Below, piece after piece: positions 37,941 to 46,712 of a DNA stretch of 64,000 nt. This DNA is from Phycisphaerae bacterium. GTDB lineage: Bacteria > Planctomycetota > Phycisphaerae > SM23-33. The stretch lies in assembly GCA_011050235.1 (NCBI GenBank), contig DRGC01000051.1, forward strand, positions 156,745 to 220,744, in the 5' to 3' direction. The notes below the pieces were generated by a model. The model was not told the DNA's origin and made no database searches. It was given only the letters and a program-made list of their open reading frames with translations. Both the position numbers and the translations under genes were made by a program. Position 1 is the first letter of the stretch. Every line of letters starts with the position of its first letter.

Positions 37941-39143
37941 ATGGACAAGAACGAGATTCGTATTGCCGTTGTTGGCGTCGGCAACTGCGCGTCGTCGCTC
38001 GTTCAGGGATTGGGATACTACGGCCACCAGATGGCCGGCGACGGCGACGAGGTCGGTCTGGGGCTGATGCATCCGGTCTTGGCCGGCTATACCCCCCGCG
38101 ACGTCAAGGTCGTTGCCGCCTTCGATATCGACGCCCGCAAGGTGGGCCGCCCGCTGTGCGAGGCGATCTTCGCCCCGCCCAACAACACGCAGGTGTTCTT
38201 CGATGAACTCGCCGACGACGACGTGACCGTCCGGATGGGAAATCAACTCGACGGCGTCGCCGAGCACATGGCCGAGTACCCCGAGCACCAGCGATTCGTT
38301 GTCGCCGATCGGCCCGACGCCACCGCGAAGCAGGTCGTCCACGCGCTGCGGGAAACGGGCGCGGAGATTCTGCTGAACTACCTGCCCGTCGGCTCGCAGC
38401 GGGCAACGGAGTTCTACGCCGAATGCTGTCTGGAAGCGGGCGTGAGCCTGATCAACTGCATTCCGGTGTTCATCGTTTCCGACACAACGTGGGGCCGGCG
38501 GTTCGAGCGGGCCGGTATCCCCTGTATCGGCGACGACGTCAAGGCGCAGATCGGCGCGACGATCGTCCACCGCGTGCTGGCCCGCCTGATGCACGAGCGC
38601 GGCATGAAAATCGACGCCACCTACCAACTCAACACCGGCGGCAACACCGATTTCCTGAACATGCTCAACCGCGCGCGCCTGGGCTCGAAGCGCATCTCCA
38701 AGACCGAGGCCGTCCAAAGCCAACTCGACGTCCCCCTGCCCGACGAGCAGGTACACATCGGCCCGAGCGACTACGTGGCGTGGCAGAAGGACAACAAGAT
38801 CTGCTTCTGCCGCCTGGAGGGACGCGGCTTCGGCGGCGTACCGATGAACATTGAGCTTCGTCTGAGTGTGGAAGATTCGCCCAACTCCGGCGGGGTCGTG
38901 ATCGACGCGATCCGTTGCTGCCGCCTGGCGCGAGACGCGGGAATCGCCGGGCCCATCAACTCGATCAGCGCCTATGCGATGAAACACCCCCCCGTGCAAC
39001 ACACCGACGCCGACGCACACCAGATGGTCGAGCAGTTCATCGCCGCACACGCCCGCCCGGGCCGTGTCACCACCACCGCGTGCGGCAACGGCGTTTACAC
39101 GCCCGAGGCCCGCGACGAGGCGCAGCGAAAGGCGTCGAGCTGA
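37941..39143 (+). CDS. ino1: myo-Inositol-3-phosphate synthase
   Basis: IRIAVVGVGNCASSLVQGL NAD-binding N-terminus and blocks LNYLPVGS, GDDVKAQIGATIVHR, SKRISKTE typical of bacterial/archaeal MIPS. Confidence 0.9.
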   Translation: MDKNEIRIAVVGVGNCASSLVQGLGYYGHQMAGDGDEVGLGLMHPVLAGYTPRDVKVVAAFDIDARKVGRPLCEAIFAPPNNTQVFFDELADDDVTVRMGNQLDGVAEHMAEYPEHQRFVVADRPDATAKQVVHALRETGAEILLNYLPVGSQRATEFYAECCLEAGVSLINCIPVFIVSDTTWGRRFERAGIPCIGDDVKAQIGATIVHRVLARLMHERGMKIDATYQLNTGGNTDFLNMLNRARLGSKRISKTEAVQSQLDVPLPDEQVHIGPSDYVAWQKDNKICFCRLEGRGFGGVPMNIELRLSVEDSPNSGGVVIDAIRCCRLARDAGIAGPINSISAYAMKHPPVQHTDADAHQMVEQFIAAHARPGRVTTTACGNGVYTPEARDEAQRKASS

Positions 39144-39167
39144 CGCGATGCGGAGCGGCCACCGGTA

Positions 39168-39980
39168 ATGGCGACTCTCTGGATCGGCTCGGGCTTCGCC
39201 AAGGCGCGCGATGTGCTGGCGGCTGTGCTGATTCGTCTCGGCGTTTCCCCCAGCGCCGTCACGGTCGCGGGGGTCTTTATCACCGGACTGGCCGGGGTCG
39301 CATTGGCCCTGGGGGCGGGGGATACCTTCGCCTGGTCGCTGGCGGCGGGCGAGGGAGCGAGTCTCTGGCTGCTGGTGGCCGTGGCGCTGATGGTGATGGC
39401 GGCGGCCTGCGACATACTGGATGGGGCCATCGCCCGCCAGGCCAACCGCATCAGCACGTTCGGAGCGTTCCTCGATAGCACGCTCGATCGGTTCAGCGAC
39501 TTTGCGATCTTCGTCGGCATCGCGCTCTATTACGTCTGGTCGTCGCCGGCCAACATAACGGTCCTGCTGATGTGCGTAGTGGGATTTTTCAACGCGTTCA
39601 TGATCTCCTACACCCGAGCCCGGGCCGAGGCCATCATCGGGTCATGCCCGGTGGGCTACTGGCAGCGGGGCGAACGGCTGGCGGCGATCCTGATTGCCGC
39701 AGCGGCCCACAACGTGCCGGCCTTCATCACCCAGCAGGCGATCTTGCCGGCCTTTACCGTCCTGCGACGAATGCGCTACACCTACCGCGTAGCGACCGGG
39801 CGCAAGGTGTTCGTCGATGTCCGCGCCGCCCCCTGGTGGATCAAGATCCGCCTGTGGCGATGGCCGAGAGGGACAACCGCCTACACCATCGTCACCAGCA
39901 TAAACATTCTGTGGCTGATCTTCGCCCGCTTCCAGCTCGGCGACCCGATTAGAGATTTCGTCGAGTCACTGGCGAAGTAG
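39168..39980 (+). CDS. CDP-alcohol phosphatidyltransferase (candidate phosphatidylinositol-phosphate synthase)
   Basis: Signature DILDGAIARQANRISTFGAFLDSTLDRFSD (DxxDGxxAR...G...D...D). Multi-TM. It lies 24 nt after ino1. Confidence 0.85.
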   Translation: MATLWIGSGFAKARDVLAAVLIRLGVSPSAVTVAGVFITGLAGVALALGAGDTFAWSLAAGEGASLWLLVAVALMVMAAACDILDGAIARQANRISTFGAFLDSTLDRFSDFAIFVGIALYYVWSSPANITVLLMCVVGFFNAFMISYTRARAEAIIGSCPVGYWQRGERLAAILIAAAAHNVPAFITQQAILPAFTVLRRMRYTYRVATGRKVFVDVRAAPWWIKIRLWRWPRGTTAYTIVTSINILWLIFARFQLGDPIRDFVESLAK

Positions 39981-39985
39981 AAGAA

Positions 39986-40070
39986 TGAAAGCTGAAAGCT
40001 AGAAACTGAAAGCCGTCTGCGAAGCGGAAGTCGTTATTTCAGCTTTAAGCTTTCAGCTTTCAGCTTTCAG
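39986..40070. terminator. Hairpin built from heptanucleotide tandem repeats (GAAAGCT / AGCTTTC) between convergent genes
   Basis: TGAAAGCTGAAAGCT (39986-40000) pairs with AGCTTTCAGCTTTCA (40055-40069). The right arm holds 3-4 tandem AGCTTTC units and overlaps the last 5 codons and the stop of miaB. Confidence 0.5.
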
Positions 40071-41438
40071 TCTTCCCATCATCGCCAATGCCGTCGCATT
40101 GGTGACGTCGACGTGGACGTATTGGCTGGCGAGGGTCTCCGGGCCGTCGAAGACGACGATGTGGTCGCCGCGCGTTCGGCCCTGCAGTTGCGTCTGACCC
40201 GCCGGCGGCGGCGTGGGTTGTTTGTCCGCCCGCTTGGAGGGCCCTTCCACCAGCACCTCGACCTGCCGGCCGACGTAGCTGCGATGGTGGGCCAGGCCGA
40301 TCTCGTCCTGCACACCCAGCAACTCGGCGTGGCGGCGTTTCTTGGTTTGCTCGTCGATATCGTCATCGAATCGCTTGGCCGCCGGCGTGCCCGGGCGCGG
40401 GGAGTACTTGAAGATGAACGCGTTCTTGTAGCCGCACCGCCGGAGCAGATCGGCCGAGGCCTGCTGGTCGGCGTCGGTCTCGCCGGGAAAGCCCACGATG
40501 AAATCGCCCGCGATGCTGACCCCCGGAACGATCGCCCTCGCCCGATCGATCAGGTCGTCGTAGTCGCCGCGCGAATAGCCGCGATTCATGCGTTTCAGCA
40601 CCGCGTCCGAGCCGCTCTGGGCCGGGCAGTGCAGGTACTCGCAGACGTTGGGCAACTCGGCCATCGCCTGCAGGATGTCGTCGGTGAAGTCCGTCGGATG
40701 GCTGGTGACAAACCGCAGCCGCCGCAGGCCGTCGATATCGGACAGGCGCGCCAGCAGGTCGCTGAATCGCGTTGACCGGCCGTCGCCTTCATGCCGATAG
40801 CGGTTGACGGTCTGGCCCAGTAGTGTGATCTCGCTCTTGCCGGCCTCAACAAGGCGGCGGACCTCCTGCTCGATGTGATCGCCCGGCCGGCTGACCTCGG
40901 CCCCGCGAACGAACGGCACGATGCAGTACGTGCAGAACCGGTCACACCCCCGCATCACGCGGACGAACGCCTGGGCCGATGACGTCGTGCGGTCGGCGTC
41001 GCGGACAAGATCGATCCAGTCGATGTTCTCATCTTCGGCGGCCGCCCGATCGTTGCGATCGACGTCAAGAGCGATGGCCGGCTGGCCGTCGGCGGCGAAC
41101 GCCAGCATCTGCGGCAGCCGGGCGAGTTGGCCCGGCCCGCAGACAATATCGACGCACGGGTAACGCTTGCGCAGCTGTCGCCCCAGACGCTGGGCCATGC
41201 AGCCCAACACCCCGACGATCAGCTTCCTGCCGGCGGCCTTGCGCTGGGCGTCGGCCCCGAGACGGCTGAAGACCTTCTGCTCGGCGTGCATGCGGACCGA
41301 GCAGGTGTTGTAGAGAACAGCGTCCGCGTCGGCGCTGCTGGCGACGATCTCGTGACCGGCCGCGCGCAGACGAGCGACGACCAACTCGCTATCGAGCCGG
41401 TTCATCTGACAGCCCATCGTCTCCAGATAAACGTCCAT
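40053..41438 (-). CDS. miaB: tRNA-i6A37 methylthiotransferase
   Basis: Starts MDVYLETMGCQMNRLDSE at ATG 41438. Has the radical-SAM motif CDRFCTYCIVP and a TRAM domain at the C-terminus. Confidence 0.9.
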   Translation of the reverse strand: MDVYLETMGCQMNRLDSELVVARLRAAGHEIVASSADADAVLYNTCSVRMHAEQKVFSRLGADAQRKAAGRKLIVGVLGCMAQRLGRQLRKRYPCVDIVCGPGQLARLPQMLAFAADGQPAIALDVDRNDRAAAEDENIDWIDLVRDADRTTSSAQAFVRVMRGCDRFCTYCIVPFVRGAEVSRPGDHIEQEVRRLVEAGKSEITLLGQTVNRYRHEGDGRSTRFSDLLARLSDIDGLRRLRFVTSHPTDFTDDILQAMAELPNVCEYLHCPAQSGSDAVLKRMNRGYSRGDYDDLIDRARAIVPGVSIAGDFIVGFPGETDADQQASADLLRRCGYKNAFIFKYSPRPGTPAAKRFDDDIDEQTKKRRHAELLGVQDEIGLAHHRSYVGRQVEVLVEGPSKRADKQPTPPPAGQTQLQGRTRGDHIVVFDGPETLASQYVHVDVTNATALAMMGRLKAES

Positions 41439-41561
41439 GGTTTTGAGCGATACTCCCTCCCGTCTATCATACCAAAGCCCCGCCCGGCCCCCAAACACAC
41501 CGGCTGCAGTGTCGATTCGCCCCTCCCTGCTGCGGCCACGCTGTCGCGGGGACAGCGCAAT

Positions 41562-41587
41562 AACAAGCCCCGCTGTGGGGGCTTGTT
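41562..41587 (-). terminator. Hairpin immediately 3-prime of tRNA-His
   Basis: AACAAGCCCC / GGGGCTTGTT 10-bp stem with a 6-nt loop, 5 nt downstream of the tRNA on the minus strand. The U-tract is weak. Confidence 0.5.
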
Positions 41588-41592
41588 AGACG

Positions 41593-41667
41593 GGTGGCTG
41601 AGGGGATTCGAACCCCCGACCCCCTGGACCACAACCAGGTGCTCTAACCAACTGAGCTACAGCCACC
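41593..41667 (-). tRNA. tRNA-His (anticodon GTG) with genomically encoded G-1
   Basis: Minus-strand read: G-GTGGCTG-TA-GCTC-AGTTGGTTA-GAGC-A-CCTGG-TTGTGGT-CCAGG-GGGTC-GGGGG-TTCGAAT-CCCCT-CAGCCAC-C. This is a clean cloverleaf. The extra 5-prime G pairs with discriminator C. CCA is not encoded. Confidence 0.9.
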
Positions 41668-41786
41668 ATGGGGTCGGTCGGCCGAAGCCGATTCGTATCG
41701 CGCCATCATATCAGCAAAGGCGCCCTTGGGTCAATCGGCTTGCCGGGCGGCCGTCATTGAGGCCTTTCCCCCCACGCCCCCCACAG

Positions 41787-42758
41787 CTATTGGCTGAGAT
41801 TGGTCAGCTTCATGGCGTAGCGGCGCCAGTCCTTTTTGAAACTCGCCAGATCGTTGGTGATGTAGTGGCGAAATGCCGGGACGGAAATGGTCCGGTTGTA
41901 TCGTCGCCCGCTGCGGACGGGCAGGTGCATGCCCAGCACCGTCACCAGTTTGCCGTCCTGGGCGTCGTGCAGCATCTGCTGAAAGCCTTCGCGATACGCC
42001 GGGTTGCTGCGAATGAACAGAATCAGCGACCAGACCTGCGCGTAGTAGCCGATGGCCTTGCTGGGGTGGCGGCTGATGGCATCGCCGGCGTCCATCGGCA
42101 GGAGTTTTTCCAGCGGGGTCCAATGGCCGTTGCCCAGTGTGTTTCGCAACGTGGTGAACCGCGAGGGATTATTAGCCGGCGTGAACCGCACGGCATTGCC
42201 GAGCAGTTCGAACCCCTCGGCGTTGCTGCAGAGGCCCTCCTCGGCCCACATGGGAATGCGGTCCTTGAGGCGGTGGTGAAAGAACTGGTGCAGCCCCTCG
42301 TGCGACGCCACCGACAACGTCGGCACGACGCGGATATCCCACAGCACGCACACGCCGTCGGACATGTATCCCCCCGCCTGCAGTTGCAGGTACACCTTGC
42401 TTTGCTGCTCGCCGAAATGGTGCTTGGTCAGATGGGCCCACTGCTGACGGTCGGCCAGGACATACAGGTCCAGTCGCTGCGTGCCGTTGGCGCGCGGCAG
42501 GCCGGTGAGCTCGACGTAGTGGCTGTAAGCGGCCTCCATAAAGCCCGGAAGGTTTTGGCGGAGCGCCGTGTTTCGCGTGGTCATGAATATCCGATAGTTG
42601 GTCGAGCGAATCTGCTCGCCCGGGCCGAACGGGCTTTGCCACGTCGTCCGCTGGGCCTGCACGATCATCGAGGTCGCCGGAGAAATTTCCTCCGGGCCCT
42701 CGCATCCGACTGCCGTCACCCACAGCGCCGCAAAGGCAATCCATATCAGTGATTTCAT
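41787..42758 (-). CDS. DUF1570-like lipoprotein with an HExxH motif (putative secreted metallopeptidase)
   Basis: Lipobox LWVTAVGC and HEGLHQFFHH (HExxH). Length and layout resemble the planctomycete DUF1570 family as I recall it. Confidence 0.65.
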   Translation of the reverse strand: MKSLIWIAFAALWVTAVGCEGPEEISPATSMIVQAQRTTWQSPFGPGEQIRSTNYRIFMTTRNTALRQNLPGFMEAAYSHYVELTGLPRANGTQRLDLYVLADRQQWAHLTKHHFGEQQSKVYLQLQAGGYMSDGVCVLWDIRVVPTLSVASHEGLHQFFHHRLKDRIPMWAEEGLCSNAEGFELLGNAVRFTPANNPSRFTTLRNTLGNGHWTPLEKLLPMDAGDAISRHPSKAIGYYAQVWSLILFIRSNPAYREGFQQMLHDAQDGKLVTVLGMHLPVRSGRRYNRTISVPAFRHYITNDLASFKKDWRRYAMKLTNLSQ

Positions 42759-42907
42759 CGCCTCATTGTAGGCGTTCCCCGGGCGCGCACACCAGGGGGA
42801 TTTTTCTGGCCGAGGTCGCGGCAGGACTGTAGGATAAGGCCCGTGGGCCAGGCGCAGGGCACCTTTCCGGCCGTCATCGGCCGGGTGAAAGTAAGGAGAA
42901 TAGTTCC

Positions 42908-45310
42908 ATGAAGCGACGATCGATCCTCACATTCCTGTGTGTCTTACTTCTCGCATCGGCGGCAACGGCTCAGGGCCCGGCGCCGCTGGCCGACCGTCTG
43001 CCGGCCAACACGCTGCTCTACGCTGGCTGGGCCGGGCAGAACCCGGCCTTCAACCAGGCGCTGCTGGGCCAACTGCTCAAGTCCGATCAATCGGCGGCGC
43101 TGCTGCGGTCGATCTACGGACTGATTCTCGAGAACGCCAGTCACGCCGACGAAAAGGCGTCCTTCGAGCACGTCTGGGCAATGGCCGACATCGTCTGGCG
43201 GCGCCCGGTCGCCATTGCGCTGATCGACGTCAGCCCGCCGGCCTCGCCGCCAGAGGGCAATGAGGCCACCCAGCCGACCGGCCCGCCGCCGGCGCCGTTC
43301 GATATTTCGGCGGTGCTGATGATCGACCTCGGCCAGCAGCGCGATACGTTCGCCCAGCATCTTGACGCACTACTTGAGACCGGCGAGGTCCCGCTGGAAC
43401 AGACGACCGTCGGCGAGCTCCCCGCTCGGATGCTGATGACGCCCATTGGGCCGGTGATGCTGGCCTACGTGGGCGAGACGCTGATGGTCACGTTGGGCGA
43501 CAAGACGCTCGAGACGCTCGCGGCCCTAGCGGCTGAGGCGTCGCTGGCCCGCAACCCAAAATTCCTGACCCATATGAAGGATGTCGCCGGCGCGGACGTT
43601 CAGCTTGCTGTGTACCTGGACATCGAGCGGATACGGGCGACGGTCCAGACCTTCCTGCCGCCCCCGCCAGAGACGCCAGAGGGGGCCGAGGAACCGACGA
43701 CACAGATGGCATCTGGGATGTCGCCCGCCTATTACATTGCCTCCATGGTCGGCCCGGTCTGGGAGGCCGTCGGCATGGACCAGGCCACCGTCGTGGCTGG
43801 GGCGATAAGCGTCGACGGCGACGCGCTGCACGCGAAGATGCGGCTGTTCACACCGGGGCCTCACCATGGGCTCTTGACGATTTACACCGGCGATCCGATC
43901 ACCGAGGCCGACCTGGCCGACGTGCCTGCCGACGCCGACTATGTGTCCATCATGAAGCTGCCGATTGAGAAGGTCTACGACGAGCTCCTGCGGCGTTCGG
44001 AGGCGTTCCCCTCAATGCCGGACGGCGAGAAGCCCAGCGAGGCCATCACTGAGCAACTGGCGATGATGGAGACAATGCTTGGGTTCTCGATCCGCGAGGA
44101 CTTGCTGGGCGCGGTCGGCCAGACATGGATGATGGTCAGCGCCCCGTCCCAGGGCGGGTTCCTCACGGGCACGGTGCTGTCGGTGGAGATCGCCGATGCG
44201 GCCAAGCTGGGCGACCTGATCGATAAGCTCGAGCGGCGTCTGGAAGGCCGGCCCGACCCGGCCTCCGATGACGGCTCGGCCCCGGCGGCCGTTGCCCCCG
44301 CTGCCCCCGACGAGGTCGGTGAGGTCGAGGAGATCGACGACGCCGACCCGGTCCTCGCCACGATGCGCATCGGCGATACGGACATTCGCTACGTCCGCCG
44401 CGCGCCGGGCCGGCGAAGCGAGAGGCCCTGGATACCGATGCCGGTTGCCCCCGCCTGGGCCGTCCACGGCGATCGGCTTTACATGGCACTGTATCCGCAG
44501 GTCATCGCCGCCGTGCTGCAGCGCGGGCCGGTGACGTCGCTGACGAGCACGCCGCAGTTCCGCACGCTCCGCGCCAAACTCGCCGCGCGCCCGTGTTCGC
44601 TGGTCTACACCAACACGCCCAAGATACTTCGCCAGGTATATAACTTCGCCTTGATCGGGTGGACGACAGGGGCCGGCGCGGGGCGGCGCTTCGGGGTCGT
44701 TAACCTCGAGCAGCACTGGCTGCCCCCGCTGACCAGTATCGAAAGGTATCTCCAGCCGGAGATGCAGGCCGTCTCCGCCGACGATGGCGGCATCACGTGG
44801 GAGTGGTACGGCTCGGTGCCCATCGTCGGCGCGCTGACAGCGCTGAACACAGTCGGCGCCGCCAGCACAGCAATGCTCCCGACCATGAGCCGGGCCCGGG
44901 GGAAGGCAAAGGAAGCCGTCTCCAGTGCCAACCTCCACGCCATCGGCAGCGCTGCGGCTATGTACGCGGCCATGCACGACAACGAGTTTCCTGAGAATTT
45001 CGAGGCCCTAATCGAGGAGGGCCTGATCATGCCACACGCCCTCAAGAGTTCGCACAGTCCCGGCCAGGTGCAAATGGTCAACGGCGTGTTGATGGGCGAC
45101 GTGGGGTTCATCTACCTCAAGCCGCATTTATCGATGGACAGCGGATTGATCATGGCCTATGAGAAACCCGAGTATTACGGCCATCGGGGCACGAACGTCG
45201 CGCGGGTAGACGGCTCGGTCACCTGGCTTGATATGGCCGATTTCCAGGAGCTCTTGGAGCGGACCCAGGCCGCCCGCGAAGCCGCCCAAGACAACGGCGC
45301 GGGATTCTGA
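42908..45310 (+). CDS. Large secreted hypothetical protein with a C-terminal pseudopilin/DUF1559-like module
   Basis: Strong AAGGAGAA RBS and signal peptide MKRRSILTFLCVLLLASAATAQG. The C-terminal 170 aa (nt 44798-45307) resemble the post-cleavage part of type IV pilin-like DUF1559 proteins. Confidence 0.65.
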   Translation: MKRRSILTFLCVLLLASAATAQGPAPLADRLPANTLLYAGWAGQNPAFNQALLGQLLKSDQSAALLRSIYGLILENASHADEKASFEHVWAMADIVWRRPVAIALIDVSPPASPPEGNEATQPTGPPPAPFDISAVLMIDLGQQRDTFAQHLDALLETGEVPLEQTTVGELPARMLMTPIGPVMLAYVGETLMVTLGDKTLETLAALAAEASLARNPKFLTHMKDVAGADVQLAVYLDIERIRATVQTFLPPPPETPEGAEEPTTQMASGMSPAYYIASMVGPVWEAVGMDQATVVAGAISVDGDALHAKMRLFTPGPHHGLLTIYTGDPITEADLADVPADADYVSIMKLPIEKVYDELLRRSEAFPSMPDGEKPSEAITEQLAMMETMLGFSIREDLLGAVGQTWMMVSAPSQGGFLTGTVLSVEIADAAKLGDLIDKLERRLEGRPDPASDDGSAPAAVAPAAPDEVGEVEEIDDADPVLATMRIGDTDIRYVRRAPGRRSERPWIPMPVAPAWAVHGDRLYMALYPQVIAAVLQRGPVTSLTSTPQFRTLRAKLAARPCSLVYTNTPKILRQVYNFALIGWTTGAGAGRRFGVVNLEQHWLPPLTSIERYLQPEMQAVSADDGGITWEWYGSVPIVGALTALNTVGAASTAMLPTMSRARGKAKEAVSSANLHAIGSAAAMYAAMHDNEFPENFEALIEEGLIMPHALKSSHSPGQVQMVNGVLMGDVGFIYLKPHLSMDSGLIMAYEKPEYYGHRGTNVARVDGSVTWLDMADFQELLERTQAAREAAQDNGAGF

Positions 45311-45321
45311 CGGCCCGAACT

Positions 45322-45407
45322 AAAAAGGGGACGGAGCACTAATTAGCCATGTGCTCGCCCCCGTGCGTCTGGTCTTGGGTTGCTAATTAGTGCTCCGTCC
45401 CCTTTTT
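45322..45407. terminator. Bidirectional terminator, perfect 26-bp inverted repeat
   Basis: AAAAAGGGGACGGAGCACTAATTAGC (45322-45347) and GCTAATTAGTGCTCCGTCCCCTTTTT (45382-45407) are exact reverse complements with a 34-nt loop. A5 and T5 tracts sit on the outer ends. Confidence 0.75.
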
Positions 45408-45870
45408 ACTTCGACCGGCCTTTTTGGCCCGTGCGGGTCTTTCGGGTCGACTTGGCGGTGCGTTTCTTGGTAGCCCCGAGTTCCGAGAGGACCTTGAAGG
45501 CCTTCTTCATGTCGGCGACCTTGAACACCGCTCGCGTTCTGCCCTCGCTGCCGCCGGTGGTGTAGGCGTAGGCGATGGAGACATGCGCCTCGGCCAGCTT
45601 GCGGGCGGCGCGGGCGAAGACGCCGGGACGGTTGTCCATCTCCATCAACAGCACCTTGGCCTCCGTCCAGTGATCGTGCGTCTTGTTCAGCAGTTTCCGC
45701 ACGCGGGCCGGGTCGTCGCAGACGATCCGCAGCACGCCGAGCTCGACGGAATCCATCATGCTCAGGGCGGTGATGTTGATGCGCTCCTTGGCCAGGGCGG
45801 AGGTGATGGCGGCCAACACGCCGGGCTTGTTGATCAGGAAGATCGAGAACTGCGGTTCGGTGCAGATCAT
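45406..45870 (-). CDS. Tandem ACT-domain protein with a basic C-terminal tail
   Basis: Starts MICTEPQFSIFLINKPGVLAAITSAL at ATG 45870. The second ACT-like repeat is LLMEMDNRPGVFARAARKL. The tail is KKRTAKSTRKTRTGQKGRSK. Confidence 0.7.
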   Translation of the reverse strand: MICTEPQFSIFLINKPGVLAAITSALAKERINITALSMMDSVELGVLRIVCDDPARVRKLLNKTHDHWTEAKVLLMEMDNRPGVFARAARKLAEAHVSIAYAYTTGGSEGRTRAVFKVADMKKAFKVLSELGATKKRTAKSTRKTRTGQKGRSK

Positions 45871-45913
45871 GGGCAGCCCCTTTCGAAATGCATCCGTTGG
45901 TTGTTCAACATGA

Positions 45914-46609
45914 TCACGTTGTCTGTTGGTCGCCGCCGGGCCGCTGGACCCGCAGCGGGCGGGCATAGATCGGCAGCAGGTGATTGGGCGTCGTGAAGGC
46001 GCCCAGCCCGGCCAGCCGCCGTCCGACGCGCCACACGCCCTCGGCGGTCGCCAATCGCAAGGCGGGGTCAGCCAGCTCGATCCCGTCACCTGCTATATCA
46101 TGATACCACAACCCTTCGCCCGTGAGCAGAATTGGCCGGGGCAATCGCTCGGCCAGCGCAGCCGTCGGCATGGGCCCGGCGGGCTCGTCGGCGACGGGTT
46201 GGCCGTCGCGGCGGGTGAAGGTCGTCGCGATCGCCTCGCCCTCCCCGGCGTCCAGGATGACGGCCAGTCGCTCCCAAGGCCGGTTGTGAAGATTCTCGGC
46301 GACGGCCCAGGCCGTCGGCACGGCTGCGCACTCCAGGCCCGCCACCAGCTCGCCCAGCATCCGCGCGACCGTGATCCCCACGCGCAGCCCCGTAAATCCT
46401 CCTGGTCCGGCCGAGACATACACGTGCTGCAATTGCCCGGGCTTGAGGCCCGCCCGGCCGAGCAGATCGTCCAACTGCACGATCAGTTGAGCCGCGTGTC
46501 GGCGCGAGGCGTCGAAGTCGATCCGCCCCGCCAGCCGGTCGCCGACGCCCAAAGCCACCCCACCTTCGCGGCAGGATGTCTCGATCGCGATGGAAATTTC
46601 GTCGCTCAT
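45914..46609 (-). CDS. tsaB: tRNA t6A37 biosynthesis protein TsaB
   Basis: Starts MSDEISIAIETSCREGGVAL at ATG 46609. Has VYVSAGPGGFTGLRVGITVARML, typical of TsaB/YeaZ. Confidence 0.85.
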   Translation of the reverse strand: MSDEISIAIETSCREGGVALGVGDRLAGRIDFDASRRHAAQLIVQLDDLLGRAGLKPGQLQHVYVSAGPGGFTGLRVGITVARMLGELVAGLECAAVPTAWAVAENLHNRPWERLAVILDAGEGEAIATTFTRRDGQPVADEPAGPMPTAALAERLPRPILLTGEGLWYHDIAGDGIELADPALRLATAEGVWRVGRRLAGLGAFTTPNHLLPIYARPLRVQRPGGDQQTT

Positions 46610-46655
46610 GGCCCGGGCGATTCTAGTTGCGCCGGGCGGCCCATGCCAAAGGCAT

Positions 46656-46685
46656 TTGACACTACCGTTGCCGTGGAGATAGCAT
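46656..46685 (+). promoter_or_regulatory. Candidate sigma-70-type promoter for the metallophosphoesterase-yidC operon
   Basis: TTGACA (46656-46661), 18 nt, TAGCAT (46680-46685). Confidence 0.45.
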
Positions 46686-46712
46686 AGCCCTGCCGTGTCG
46701 AGAGATTTTCGC

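Noticed and set aside
39986-40070. Short tandem repeats (here and at 49751-49778) considered as a CRISPR array or minisatellite
   Set aside because: The units are only 7 nt with no spacers and no cas genes. They form terminator-associated hairpins instead.
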